Of a stretch of 64,000 nucleotides of DNA, positions 38,301 to 50,899 are shown one piece after another. Position 1 is the stretch's first letter; every line of letters begins with the position of its first letter. Under the pieces are notes generated by a model. The model was not told the DNA's origin, ran no database searches, and saw only the letters and a list, made by a program, of their open reading frames with translations. A program made the position numbers and the translations under genes. Source of the stretch: Anthoceros angustus (lineage: Eukaryota > Plantae > Anthocerotophyta); the NCBI GenBank assembly GCA_010909165.1, contig VJWM01000238.1, positions 199,775-263,774 of the forward strand, in the 5' to 3' direction.

Positions 38301-39584
38301 CGTGAGCAAGCAGGTGTGACAGGTCCTTAAGCGTTTGGCCATACCGGCTGTGCGGTGTTGTCGAGTAGTTAGATGTGAACTAAAGTGTGTGCGTTGGGTG
38401 AGCAGACGCAAAGTAAGGCACGAATAGCACGCAAGCGGAACTGTCATTCCCTTAGGAGCGAACTCCTTCCTACAGCGACACGGGATTATGTGGCCGGTAC
38501 GGCCATCGGTAAAAATCGCGCCACACAGTACGATTATTGTTACAAGAAATGTATGTGTAAGCGGTGTGCGCATATGCAAAGCAAGTGTGCGGCAAATAGA
38601 ATGCAAGTCAGGTCGAGTGACAAACACGCTTTAGCGGCAGGAGACATGGGTCAACTTTGGGAAGGCAATGCTTTCCAACTTTTCAATTCAACAACCCGCT
38701 ATACACACCCTTTGTGGAAGTGCTACAAAACTCCACAGACCGGATCCTACCCACTGATTCGGCACTTGTATGCACTTGTTGTCGTGCGTCATGGCATGTT
38801 TCATGTGCCCCCTGTGAAATAAACACCTAGATAAATCGGCATCACTTGCACAGCGTCTTACGGCAAACGGCTAGTGCAGGCTTGCAATGCATCGGCGACG
38901 CCAGTTTGGAATGCTTCGTCTTCAAATGGAGGTTGCAGCCTTCTCCGCCACATTGTCTCCGTGTGTTGGGTGATGTTGGGAGCTCCATCTTCTCGGTCTG
39001 TGGAAACCTCTTCTCGATCTGTGCAAACATCTTCGCACATATGAGGAGAACTCGGGACGTTGTTGTGACGAGAGCCTTCTGATGGATGCAAAGGAAAGAA
39101 TTGATCGCCGACTATATCTGGTGTTGGCAAATGCCAGTCTATCAATGCCTCGTACCACGGGCATTGGCGTGTGTAATCGACCATCTCCTCAAGCAAGCGG
39201 TGATGCCATCAATGTTAGCTCTTCATCGACAATATAACAAGGTTAAATACATTGCTGGTTGGCATCGACACAGGCGGTGGGTGTCGTGGTATGTGAGAGG
39301 AGGGTGGCGTTCTTGGCGGCCCAGTGCAGGCATTTGAAGTCGCTATTGTGAACATCCACATTTTGTGTGTAGCGGATAGATGCCGCCCATGAGAATCTGA
39401 CGTGGAGAAGGCGGTCGTTGTTGGCGTCCCATCCTTCTCATCAGCGAGCACGATACCGGCATGTCGGAGAAAGTGGCGGTGCCCTCAATGCGACTTTCTA
39501 TGCGACCGGCCCGATTAACATTCTTGAGGGGTGGGGTATTTTGAGTTTGAACCATCGGTTGCAATGCAGCGTATCTGAATCCGG

Positions 39585-42500
39585 ACTTGACGGCGCATGC
39601 TATGTCCATGCCATGTTGCGGAACATCAACACCCATCCACACTTTCACGGCAACATTGTGAGGAAACTATCCGTTGGTATCGTGAAGCGGTGAGTGCCGT
39701 GGAATATGCAAGCATGTTCTCCCTACTTGATTCGTGACTTGTTTAAGGTTATGCATCTCATTTATTTTTCGGGCTTTCAATGCGTAGCGTAGGAATTTGC
39801 GGTCGTCCTCGCCCATTCACGAGGATGAGGCGCGGCGTGGGCATCGCCCTCTATAAGGTGCGGTTTGAATCCATCGATGAGCAACACATGTCTCCTCCAC
39901 TCGGCGACATCAATACGCCACGCAACGGATGTATTAATTTATGCCCACCCACCGCATTGAGCGGTGAGCGAAGCTTCGATGTCGGGCGGGCACATGGTGT
40001 GGATGATGTGGACATCGATGACACATGGCGGTTGGGATCCCCAACAAGTGCCAGTGATGACCTGACAGCGGTGCAGCGGAAACACCATTGTTCACAAGTT
40101 GCGAACATTGCGGTACCACGAAACTTCTCTGCTGCGACATACACTCCTATCAATCCAATCCAAGTTCGGTATATCGATGTTGCCATAGCGGCTATATTGG
40201 AGGCTCTTGGTACTTGCGCCATCGGAAACTCGCCACGGTCCATGGCGGAGGCAAAGAAAACCCTATATATGTTTGGGCCCAAGGTCGAAAAGATTCACGC
40301 TTTGTGTTAATGTTGCTTTTCCGTGGACCATATGCTTAAAGAAATTTGCGAAATGTGCATCGGCGGATATGTATGCAGCAGGTCTACCAAATGGTACTAG
40401 GAGAGTACCCGAAAAGTCCTCTGGCATTTTCCCTCAAGTCTAGGGTGACTCGTATGTTTTGCACGAGGCAGTGCGCTCATGACCGTGCGTGACAATGCGG
40501 AGCGTGGATGGTTCCATGGGCATCATGGCGATACACACATGGGCATTACGGATGGGTTGGACGGTTTTGGCTTGGAACCATGAAATATTCGTTTGCTCTT
40601 ACGAGATGGGTTTAATCCTTTTGGGCATAAGTCTACATCCCATTCCATTTGGCTGTGTTGCTGGTTGTGCACAACCTACCACCATGGTTGAGTCTGAATC
40701 TCAATATCATAATGCCAATTATAGTACCAGGGCCCCACATTGTCCCGAATTTCGATGTCTACATGGAGCCACTATTGGAGGAGTTGAGGGACCTGTGGAC
40801 TGGGATACCTATGGAAGACTTCTCACAACCGGAAGGCAGCCCGCAGTGGAAATTCCGCTTGCGTGCAGCTATTTTGCACACGATAGCTGATTACCCGGGC
40901 TTAGGAACATTGTCGGGGTTTCAGGTGAAAGGGTCGCGGGCATGTATGGAATGTTGGGATGCATTAGGATCCAGGGCGAAGAACCTTCAAAGGAGGTATA
41001 TCGGGGGTCGCCGATGGCTGCCCCAACCACCCCATCGTCGCCTTCATTCGCATATGTACAATGGCGAAGTGGAAAGGCGCTCACGGCCACAGCACCAACT
41101 TATGCCACGGTCATCTCCAGGCATGGAACATAGGGAGAAAGCAACATCGAGGAGTTGAGGAGGCGAGGTTGTTCGGCACCCGTCGCTTGTCTGTATTTAC
41201 CATATTGGAGGGATATGCGAAGTGGGCACGGAAGGATGTGATGCACGTTGAAAGAAACAATGCGGAGACTATCGGCACACTCTAACGGAGAAAAGGATGA
41301 CTTGAAATCCCGGTTGGACATGGAAGAATACGGTGGGAAGCACGACTTGTGGCCTCGTGGAGCCAATAGGGACCAATATACTCCGGTATATGTGTTATCG
41401 TCTCGGACTTGGAGAAGGTTATGAAGGAAATGCAAGCAATCAAACTACCCACGGATATGCTTCTAACATCGCAAATAAGCTAGCTTGGGCAAAGTGGGAG
41501 TTTAAAAGCACACGATTGGCATGTACTAATGGAAATATACTTCCCAATTGTTTTAAGGGAAGAATTAAACCAGATGTGTGCGGTGAGGTTGAGCAAACTT
41601 TATCGGTGGATATGCCGGAGAATCGGGCATGAGGTGGGAAGAATGCGAGTGCATCAAAGTCATGTGACTTGGAGAGGAATTCCCACCTAAATTGTTTGAT
41701 ATTTCCACCCACCTCATTATTCATCTTGTGGATGAGGTCGCACTTCTTGGCCTATTCATGTCGGATGGATGTATCCGGTTGAAAGATATCTAGGAAGGAG
41801 GAAGGAAGACATCCAAACAACGAAAAGGAGGAAGCATGGCGGAGGGTATGTTCGAGAGGAGGCATCATGTTTGCAAAGGCTTACCTTGGCGACATCCATA
41901 ACAGCCCATATTACGGTGAGAAAGATGAGCACGACATGACGGTGAACCGTTAGGAATGGGCAAGCCATACAAGTTCACCACGCCGAGCTCCACCAGTCCA
42001 CAATTTTGTGTTGAGACACACGATGGTTCTTGACCCCTTCTCTGACTTTACGAAGAGGTCATGGATGTTGATGGTGATGAAGGCAGGCAATCTTTCCGCG
42101 TGGGTTCATCTTGGCGAGGATTACGGAAGGTGGGAGTCATCATGCTTGGCTGCGATGTTGCGGCCATAATGGATGGGCCTTCTATTTGGCGACTACTTAT
42201 AGGCACATGTGGAGCAATGGTAGCCACCTACACCTTTTGCAGACAACCGTCGCGCCACTCGGGACAGCGGAGTTTGTACAAAGTATGTAATGGGAGATGA
42301 TGTACAGCGGACATACTATGGCAATGTAGCGGAAATAATTCGAGTGCAGTTTGCAGGCGGATTCGAGCCATTGGTCCTGAAGGTCAAGTGGTTTGAGTGT
42401 AATCCAAATGGGAGATCCCAATCCATTCGCGGAACTTATGGTGGATTTGATCTGGTGTTCACCGGAAGGCACTGCACGTATGTTGCAGATGGGGTTGACA

Positions 42501-42667
42501 CCCCTTTCATATGGCCACATCAAGTTACCCAATGCATATTCCATGCTGATGCACAGGCGGAGAATAGAGGCTGGGCTTTAGCGGTCTTGCCTTCTGGCGT
42601 GGGTGGAGAGGCGAGTCGACGAATAATGACTCGGGGCTTCATAGAATTTTCTTCTTATGCGACTTGA
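39585..42667 (+). CDS. tnpD: CACTA TnpD/Tnp2 transposase (Transposase_21, DUF4218, DUF4216 layout; frameshifted)
   Basis: MLCPCH (~39600); AEAKKTL..EKIHA; RNIRL..DGFNPFG; HNLPPWL..IVPGP..FDVYMEPLLEELRDLW..LRAAILHTIADYPGLGTLSG..KGSRACMEC; DVMHVERN; HLIIHLVDEV..WMYPVER; YYGNVAEII..KVKWF..PFIWPHQVTQ. Confidence 0.93.
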
Positions 42668-42807
42668 GTTGGAACACGTATGAACATGAACATGGGTTTC
42701 CATATACAAAAAGGCAAAAAAAAACCACTAATGGCGGTAATGTTATGGCGCGACATTGGGACACAGTTATCACCTGCACACTCGCTCACGTGTTATCGCC
42801 ATAGCGT

Positions 42808-43251
42808 CTACGGACCCGGCGAGTATAGGACCCACCATGCCTGTCGCTCTTCTCCAAACCATTCCGCGATGGGGAGATCCGGCACCAAGTCCATCCACTG
42901 TGTAATATCTAGCAAACAGCGACCCACCTCCAGTACACGCCTCCGAGCATCCAAAACCTCGGCTTCAGTCTGCAAAGTTGCAAGCCAGCGTCGCGCGTCT
43001 TCATCGCGGAAGTTGGGGTGCCGTGGTGGCAGCTGGCGGAGTGCCCACGTTTGGCGTATGGTTCCCTCCACCTCGGCAAGAAATTGGTGTATCCGTTGCT
43101 TCCATCCACTGCCCGCCATGCCATTACACCGCACACCTACAAAGCCGCCCAAACCATAAGATCGAAGAAACGGCATCGCAGCGGCGCAAAGACAATATGG
43201 CCGACAATTGAAGCGCGAAATCAAGGCAAGATCGACCGGCCCAATCTTCAA
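42808..43251 (-). CDS. Unknown ORF inside the CACTA element
   Basis: 147-aa ORF with helical, protein-like composition; no recognised motif. Confidence 0.25.
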   Translation of the reverse strand: MKIGPVDLALISRFNCRPYCLCAAAMPFLRSYGLGGFVGVRCNGMAGSGWKQRIHQFLAEVEGTIRQTWALRQLPPRHPNFRDEDARRWLATLQTEAEVLDARRRVLEVGRCLLDITQWMDLVPDLPIAEWFGEERQAWWVLYSPGP

Positions 43252-45235
43252 TGCGAAACCAAAGGCAAAGGGTGGGAGGAGGCGGAAATGGAAGCCTTAT
43301 ATCCGAGAAAGGCTGCAATTATGAGTGCGCATAGCGAGGATGGACTCATTGGCTGCTACCGGACAAGTGTGAAGCGTGCATGGAAATATTCGCTGCCCCT
43401 CGCGTGGCATCTGTCTGTGAGGCGGCTTTCCATTTTAATGTTCAGTCATACAATGCTATATACCATGTTTGAGGAAAGGCGTGTCCTTGGAACATGGTCT
43501 TTTCCCAACAAGATACCATGTCATGAACCATGATATTTCCGCTCATACCATGCTCCTTGGAACATGGGGATGTCATGATACTCGGATACATAGGCGGAAA
43601 TTATGCATTTGTGTATGTACCTTGTTCCTTGGACCATGGTATTTCCACAAACCATGTCGTGGGGATATGGTGATGGCATGAGAGAAAGTTCCTTGGTTCA
43701 TGGGTTCGCTGCCTATATATGTCATGCTATATATATGGCTGGTAAATAGGCGATGAATGACATATTGAATGTGAGGGTACCCGTGCACTTGAGTCATCAT
43801 GATGCTTGGCGCACGCGTTCTTCAAAGTTAGCCGGAGCCGGGCGCGAAAGGAATGTGACACCACGCATGGTGGCGATGCAATTCCGTTTATAGCGTGGCA
43901 AGCGGTGTCGTTCGATGCCATGCTTGGATCACGGGTATGTCCCTAACGCACTGCTCCGAGATTTTCCTCGGCATGAGCCTCAGTCATCACCGCATTTGTG
44001 CAAGACGCCTGCCTCTCAAACCTTACATGGCTCCCCGGGAGCAGACGAAACGACCCTCAAGCGGATTGCGCAATGACCCAGAGCGCGGAACAAAGGCCCT
44101 CCATGAAGGTTAATGAGTGGTGAAAGTAGGGCGATGTGCCGCCGGGGTGAAGGACCGTCGTGATCGCAGAATGTTTGGTCAAATCAGCAGTTGGGGCATG
44201 AAGGCTTGGAACCACCTCCTTGCGCTGTGTGGAGGAGGCCCAATGTCTGTTGAGGTCTTGGAGTTACTCCGAGGGCCATATGCGGATGGAAATAACCGAA
44301 GACTGGGGATTCAGGGGTGAAATGCCCTACTAGAAAGAGCGGGTCATGTTACACTTTATGTTAAGATTTGGACCCCTTTGTTGCAATTATGTTAAAATCT
44401 TGGGGTCTTGTTACACTTTTGGGACCCCTTATTTATTAGGTTTGGAAACCAACCCTCCACCTTGTTATAGTCATGTTACAGTCTTGTTGCAATTATGTTG
44501 CAATGTAGTGAGAGGTGGTTTGTGTCCCCTCTTAAAATTTCAAATTAATTGCAACAACCAAAGTGTTACATCGTCTCTTGTTACAATTTTGCAGGCTTGG
44601 TACCGAACCTCCTCCCCATCTACCTTCCTCTTTTTACTACTATTACCCTATAGAATACCTAGTTTTACTTAGTAGTTCCCACCGATACTTGTATGAATAT
44701 ACATATATATAAATACATGTATGAATATATTATTTGTAAAATACACGTATTGTTCATGGTAACATATACTATATGGTAATTTCACATGATATATGGTCAT
44801 ATTCTATTTTATATAAAATAAGCATATCGTCCACCGGATAACGTACATACTTTGTACATCCACGATCGTTTACTTTTGTCCTTGAGCACTCGGTGCCTTT
44901 TGTGCCTCTGAGTTTGTGCTACTGGACCCATGTTTGCTATGTGCGGTGGGTTGTTTGGCTCAAGTCCTCCTCCTTCTCTCTCCCCTAGACAAGCGCCTCA
45001 TGTCCCTTAGCCTTTTGCCTGCCTCGACCATGGCTGCTGGTTGCTCCACTCCTATCCTCCTCTACCACCCGCCTCTTCCACTCCCTTGCGTTGTTTTCCA
45101 TCCACACTCAACACATACATTACTTCTTTGGTGACGATCACTCGCCTTCTTTGTGCTACACCGGATCAGCCCTCTAAACACATCCCTCCTGTTCACGGCC
45201 TTGTCACTCCCTATTCACCCAAGACCGCCCTACTA

Positions 45236-45785
45236 GCATCGCCTTCTCTAATGTCACATCACACGGTGTGGTCACGCATCAAATAAAATTTTGAGGTAGA
45301 AATCACATGGAATGGGTCTTGGCCTCACCTTATGACTATACATGTACATGAAACCCTCCATTCTTCCGCCTTCCCTAACTTCACATCATAGTGCAGTTAC
45401 GCATCGGTGAAAATTTGAGATAAGAAATAACATGGAATGGGTCTTGGCGACCTTGCAACTACTTGCGATTGTACATGTACAGACACCGCCATGCTACTAT
45501 CGCCTTCTCTAACATCAAATCACACTAGCTAGTTACGCAGAAAATTTGAGAGAAATCAGTATTGGAGCAGTCTTGGCGACCTTGCAGTACTCTGCAAGTA
45601 CAAGATCGCTACGTGATCCATACCGCCATCCCTTCACCATCAAATCACACTAGCTAGTTCATGCTTAAAATCACGGATACGATCGCGTACATCCCTTCAC
45701 CATGGATGTCATGGTTCATCACTGAAAATTGAGACTAGAAATCACACATGGAGCAGTCTACTTGAAATCACGGCATGGAATGGGC
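45236..45785. repeat. Degenerate ~130-bp tandem repeat x4-5 inside the nested element
   Basis: gccttc(t/c)ctaa..cacatca..aaaattt(t)gag..gaaatcacatgga units. Confidence 0.7.
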
Positions 45786-46140
45786 CTCTTCCTTTCCCTC
45801 TCCCCTCCTCCTCCTTCCCATCTACCCTCCTCCTCCTCCTCCCCCCCTCCTCCTTCCCTCTCCCCTCCTCTTGCTCCTCCTCTTTCCTCCTCCTCCTCCT
45901 CCCTAATCTCCCTCCTCCTTTCCTCCTCCTCCTCCTCCTCCTCCTCCTCTACCTTAGATCCCTCTCCCCTTTCCTCATTGCCTCTCCCCTTCCTCCTCTC
46001 CTCCCCTCGCCTCCTACTCCTCCTCCTCCTCTACCTCAGATCCCTCTCCCCCCTTTCCTCCTTGCCTCTCCTCCTCTCTCCTCCTCTTCCTCCCCTCCTC
46101 TCCCCTTCGCTCCTCTCCCCTCCTTCTCCTTGCCTCCCAC
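45786..46140. repeat. (CCT)n-rich polypyrimidine tract
   Basis: Direct reading. Confidence 0.9.
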
Positions 46141-48131
46141 CAGAGTGAGCCTCGGACCCACAGAACTTAGACATTGGTAAATAATATTATGTTTAGGTCA
46201 CCTTTAAAGGTGACAGTTAATGGGCATGTTACTGTGATATTCAGGTCTAGGCACCATTAACAAATAGTTGTGAAGAGAGAGTGCAAAGAAGAGCGCTAGG
46301 AAAAACATTAACTAATTGTACTCCCAATGGGGTGTAATAAAGATGGGGGCGGGAGAGAAGAGAGAGGGTCCTTATTCTGATCATGTTGCAATTGCATGAG
46401 CGAATTCATAAACAATGCGTATGAGAGAGGGGATGTAGTTAAGAGGGTGAAGTAGGAGAGAGAGCCAGGTTCGTGTTAAGATTGTTTGCCCACTTGGGGA
46501 AAGAAATGACAAACTTAATACCAGGCCTCCAAATGATGTTGCAAGTTAGAAGTGTAACATAAAATTGCAACAACGACTGTAACCTAGGCTGCCCTTTCTA
46601 GTAGGGATGGAGGCTGAATGTATTCATACATGGACGGAGGCAGACGACATTGGCGAATACTGTTCGGGTTATGGGAAGCTGGGGTTTCCGGAGCCGCCCC
46701 TCTACGGAATCGAGACACGCTTCCTCGTCATGCACACCGGGTTGAAGAAACAACAGAATTCATAGGAGCTTTGAGGCTGGCAAGAAAAGAATTGTCCATA
46801 CATGCCTGTGAATTGGATCCAATTTGGGAATGTAGATTTGTTGTGGGTGCTTGGCGATGAATGCAACCATGTTGAGCTTGCAGACCATTGTTGCTGGTGA
46901 CCTCTTTTGCATTGACACCGATTCAGTGGAAGGCATTTGCCTCCCTCGCAAAGTATATGTTATATGTGGCTAAAGGGAATGAAACAAAAATAGAGATTTC
47001 ATAAATGTCCCGCAATGGAAACTGTAACGTGCGTGGCTGTAACGAACGGCACCTGTTATGTCATAACAAGAGATTACTTGAAGTGTAACAAGACATAAAC
47101 GCCCCCGCTCAAAATGGCGTGTCCTTGACCACCGCTCGCGCCGTCTGCATGCAGGAAGGCGGGCTGCATGGGGTTTTGTGCAGGGTTATTTGAAAGGGCA
47201 GATCATTTATCACATGTCATCAAAAGTGCACTCAAATCTTCTCGGCAGATCTTCGCACCACCGCCGACGAAGAGTACTGGATGGCTTCTACCATGGACCA
47301 ATTTTCCTTGGTGCAGGTCATTTCTACAACATGGCAAAGAAACCAGTCCAGTGCAACCGGATGGTGTGTCGTCCGTAACCCCAATACGCCTTCCATACTT
47401 CTGACCCAATTATGCGGTAAGTCACACATGGTTGGCGCACTAATTGACTGATGGTGCTCGGCAACATGAGAGGAATGGCTGTGAACATGGCAGGTGGCGG
47501 CCTTGAGGAATTCAACATCCCATCTCCATGGTCGGTGACTTGCACGCAGTGGGGATACGCGATCGCATGGAGTTCCCCCACTGCTAGACACGGTAAGACC
47601 ACACGATCCCGTCTCCTTCCAAGCGATTGGCCGATCCAGAAAGCCCAGATGTAAGGTAGCTGGGGATTCTACAAGGCTGTTCTCAGAGGGAGTATGCAAA
47701 TATGGAACCGGACATGCTCCACCACATTCCTACTACCCTGATTGTTCTGTCGGCTGCTTGCCTGTTGGGTGATGCTGAGGTGCCATTCAGTGTTGGAATC
47801 GAAGCAACCTTATGGTTGGATCGTACATGAGAACTGATGTCGGCTGCTGGCAGGTACCCGATTTCCCTGACGCTTGGACTCTCGGGGCAAATGGCATTGC
47901 AGTCGTCCCGAGGCGAAGGCAATGGAAGTTTGCCGATCATGCAACACTCAGCCTATCTCCACCCCGTGAGTGGAGGTTTATGGGAGGTCAAGGACATCTT
48001 GCGACTGAGCCGCTGCTGACCGTCGTCTGTGCCTTGCATAATGCTTGGGGTCGAGCTTTGTTGCGGCTGGTGGGCAACTGGGGGCTACGCATTGATGTTG
48101 TAGAAATGGGCCACCTTCAGTTGTTGACCAC

Positions 48132-49243
48132 ATGGACAACACGCAACTGCTACAGTGTTTGGTGAGAAAACATGAAATGTTGTGGGTTCGAGAGCGGTTG
48201 GCGCAGCCCATGGCACCCATGGCAACGCGAACCGCGCGGGCTGAGGAAGTGGAAGGAGGGGCAGGAGGCGCTGCCAAGGTGAATGAGTTGCTATTCGGGG
48301 GCTTGACAGCTCCAAGACACAAGGAATTTTTGGAACTCATTCGGACAGAGGCTACCAACGAGATACCAGGTAGGCGGAGCGAGTTGTCAAAGTCGAGGAG
48401 GAAGACATTATGCGAAGATGTGCTGGCACATTTTCCGGACTTGATAGTGAAGGGGCAGGCTGCCCATTTTTTTAGCCAACATACAAGGAGTCAAAACCAA
48501 CGGTATGTAGACGTAGCCAAGGCTTGTGCCTTAGAGGAAAAACAGGTGCGGGGAAACAGGTCCTCAAAATTCAAGCCACCCATGGCGGATGACAAGGTAT
48601 GGCAAGAGGTACTTACATGGGCACGGGTTGAACTTCGACAGCATGGAAACTTTTTGCCCTCTAAAAGCTCAACTAGCTGCAAAGGCAAGACTCATGAAGA
48701 CGGATGGCGAGGGGCCTAACCAGTATGGACGTTGTGGGAAGAAGAGATGGATCTACAAGTTCCAGCAGAAGCATGGGAGGGATCCAACGACTGAGGAGCT
48801 TGAATTTGGGGCTCCTCCTAAAACATATAAAATGCATGGGTCGCGGGGAGGCGGAGGGTCAATGGAAGGATTTCTCGCTGCGTGCAAAGCTAAGAAGGAG
48901 GAAGGAAGAGGAATCTAATCCACCAAGGGAAGGCAGGATATCGGACCAGGAACATGTGGCGGACAAAGATGACGATGATAGCGGGGAGGAGGATCAAGTA
49001 GGAGGTAATGGTGTCTTTGAGGACCAAATATCAAGTGACGAAGTACGCTCTGTGGACGACAATGACGATGACGAGAATGGGGATGCGGAGGGAGAAGATG
49101 GGCAAGAAGGGGAAAGAGAAGGGGAAGAAGAGGATGAGGAAGAGGACAATGGGGAAGAGGACGAGGAGGATGAGAAACGCCGGGGGAAGCCGAGGCCCGA
49201 GGAAGAGGAGGGTCATGAGGAAGACGCCCAGAGATGGAGGTAG
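48132..49243 (+). CDS. TnpA-like (Ptta/En/Spm) second ORF with acidic tail (frameshifted)
   Basis: KPPMADDKVWQEVLTW...AAKARL...QYGRCG...FQQKHGRDPTTEEL resembles the P..W..L...W / K.NR / GS.. / GR.P...E pattern of Transposase_24; lies downstream of TnpD inside the TIRs. Confidence 0.6.
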
Positions 49244-50240
49244 GTCGTGAGATGATGGAGTGACTGGACTCTAAAAGTGCAATTCGAAGAAGAACCGAGG
49301 TCGGTGATGACCAAAACCCATAGCGAAATTGCCGACGCAGTGGCCCCACATATGGAAGTCCGAGTAACAAGGGCCAGGGCAGCTTCAATGAAAGGGAAGA
49401 CGTGCGGGGGGAAAGCGGGTCATCGGTTTCCTGTGTAAGATTGGTGTTCAATATTGGTCACTTTGTTGTTTTCGATATCGCATCATCGCCGCTTTTGATT
49501 TTGGTATACATGCAGAACCTCGCCATAAGCCGGGATCATCACGGAGAAAGGCGGAGCAAACGCAAGGCATCGAATGTGTAGAAGGTCGCGAGCGAAAAGG
49601 CCAAAGGCCGCAATCGGCTCCGGAGGACAAAGCCGTCAAATACCCCGCTCGCGAGTACGATTAGATAGCCATATGCATATGGCATATGGTGCATTGGCCT
49701 TCACTGCTGGCCATGATACATGATACAACGATTTACAAATGATGTGGAATTAATGCCTATATTGTTGGTGGTGTATGCCAAATATGCAGAACAATACATA
49801 CAATCCTCATACATACAAATACGTCAAGATGTTTTCACGTTAAATACGGCAGGTATACGGATGGGCGAAAAAAAGGTGGCAGGCTGGCAATACCCTATGC
49901 CCAAATGTCATTTGTCGAGAAGCCGAACACCCTAGGGGGAAATCGAAAGGTGATGTGTGGCATCCATAAAGGGGCATCCATGGTCCACAGTCCGCCCGCT
50001 TCATCGGGGGTGGCGTGCGGGCGCATGAATGTGGCTTGTGCACGAACAGGCGCCGCCTTCTGTCGAAGGCAAACCAACTCGCCTAAACCATGGTCACGAA
50101 TCCAAGGCCCAATCCTGCCCTGAACTAGAACTGTTACAACGAATCACATTCTAACAATTTAATTGTAATGTTCGCTGGCTCGGTGGACCGAATCAGAACC
50201 GTTACAATGGGAATTATAATGTAACAATATAATATATGTT

Positions 50241-50279
50241 ACAGAAAAACGTGACATACCCACCTGGTTCCTAGTAGTG
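50241..50279 (-). repeat. Right terminal inverted repeat of the CACTA element
   Basis: Ends ...GGTTCCTAGTAGTG followed by TSD TTA. Confidence 0.92.
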
Positions 50280-50899
50280 TTAGACGATTACCGGTTTTAC
50301 AAAAAATCTTAGGATCCCTCTTTGTAGTATCCATAATTTGCTAAAAACATCTAGCAGGCAAACTTAAAATCTCTTGAGGTTCCACAATCTAGGACTCCTA
50401 TTTCCACATTAAACTAGAGAGCCAGATTATATGTAGATCCAAAGTCGATACATCTACCTACATTGTTTGATTCCCATGATGTATTTATTAAAAATAACTC
50501 CATTTTTTTAAATAAAAATAAATACCACGTGGGCCTATATGTGGAATGTTATCCCAATTGCTTACACTGGTAGGTGTGAGACTCCCATCGTTACCTGCCA
50601 AATGAAAAACTAATTAGCATTCCTCAAAACCAAATCCAGACAAGAAAACCTCACTCAAAGCCAATCTATCCAAGAAAAGAACTAGAGAAGTCACTAAGAA
50701 CACATATCTCAACAAAATAGCCTTAGTTTGAACTTGGTTCAGACAGGTTTGCCCCAAGATATATGCTTGTGTATACCGCAGCAGATGTAGTATTGTTAGA
50801 AGCGCATGTAGAGGTGGCTCTCAAGCTGCATTGCAATAAGCTGATTCCGAGTGATGTTTGTATATCTACATATGTTGGAACAAAAGAACAAGTCTTGGG

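Larger units (their letters stand above)
14694..38525 (+). mobile_element. Solo LTR B, split into 14694-16220 and 35353-38525 by a nested full-length element
   Basis: Starts TGTGGACTACGG, ends AATCGCGCCACA; flanked by CGGTA (14689-14693) / CAGTA (38526-38530); the LTR ORF breaks at ~16215 (caagaccacg) and resumes at ~35353; the two halves sum to ~4.7 kb; ORF start ATG at 15117, end ~37852. Confidence 0.85.
44325..46606. mobile_element. Non-autonomous CACTA/CMC-type element with CCCTA...TAGGG ends
   Basis: CCCTACTAGAAAG at 44325 and CTTTCTAGTAGGG ending 46606 (13 bp perfect, imperfect to ~29 bp); TSD ATG at 44322-44324 and 46607-46609; multiple TGTTAC/GTAACA subterminal motifs. Confidence 0.9.
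7501..50279 (+). mobile_element. CACTA/EnSpm DNA transposon (~12 kb native, 42.8 kb with nested insertions)
   Basis: Left end CTCTACTAGGAACCTGGTGGCTATGTAACGTCTTTTTGT versus reverse complement of right end CACTACTAGGAACCAGGTGGGTATGTCACGTTTTTCTGT (33/39 identical); 3-bp TSD TTA at 7498-7500 and 50280-50282; internal TnpD- and TnpA-like coding regions. Confidence 0.92.
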
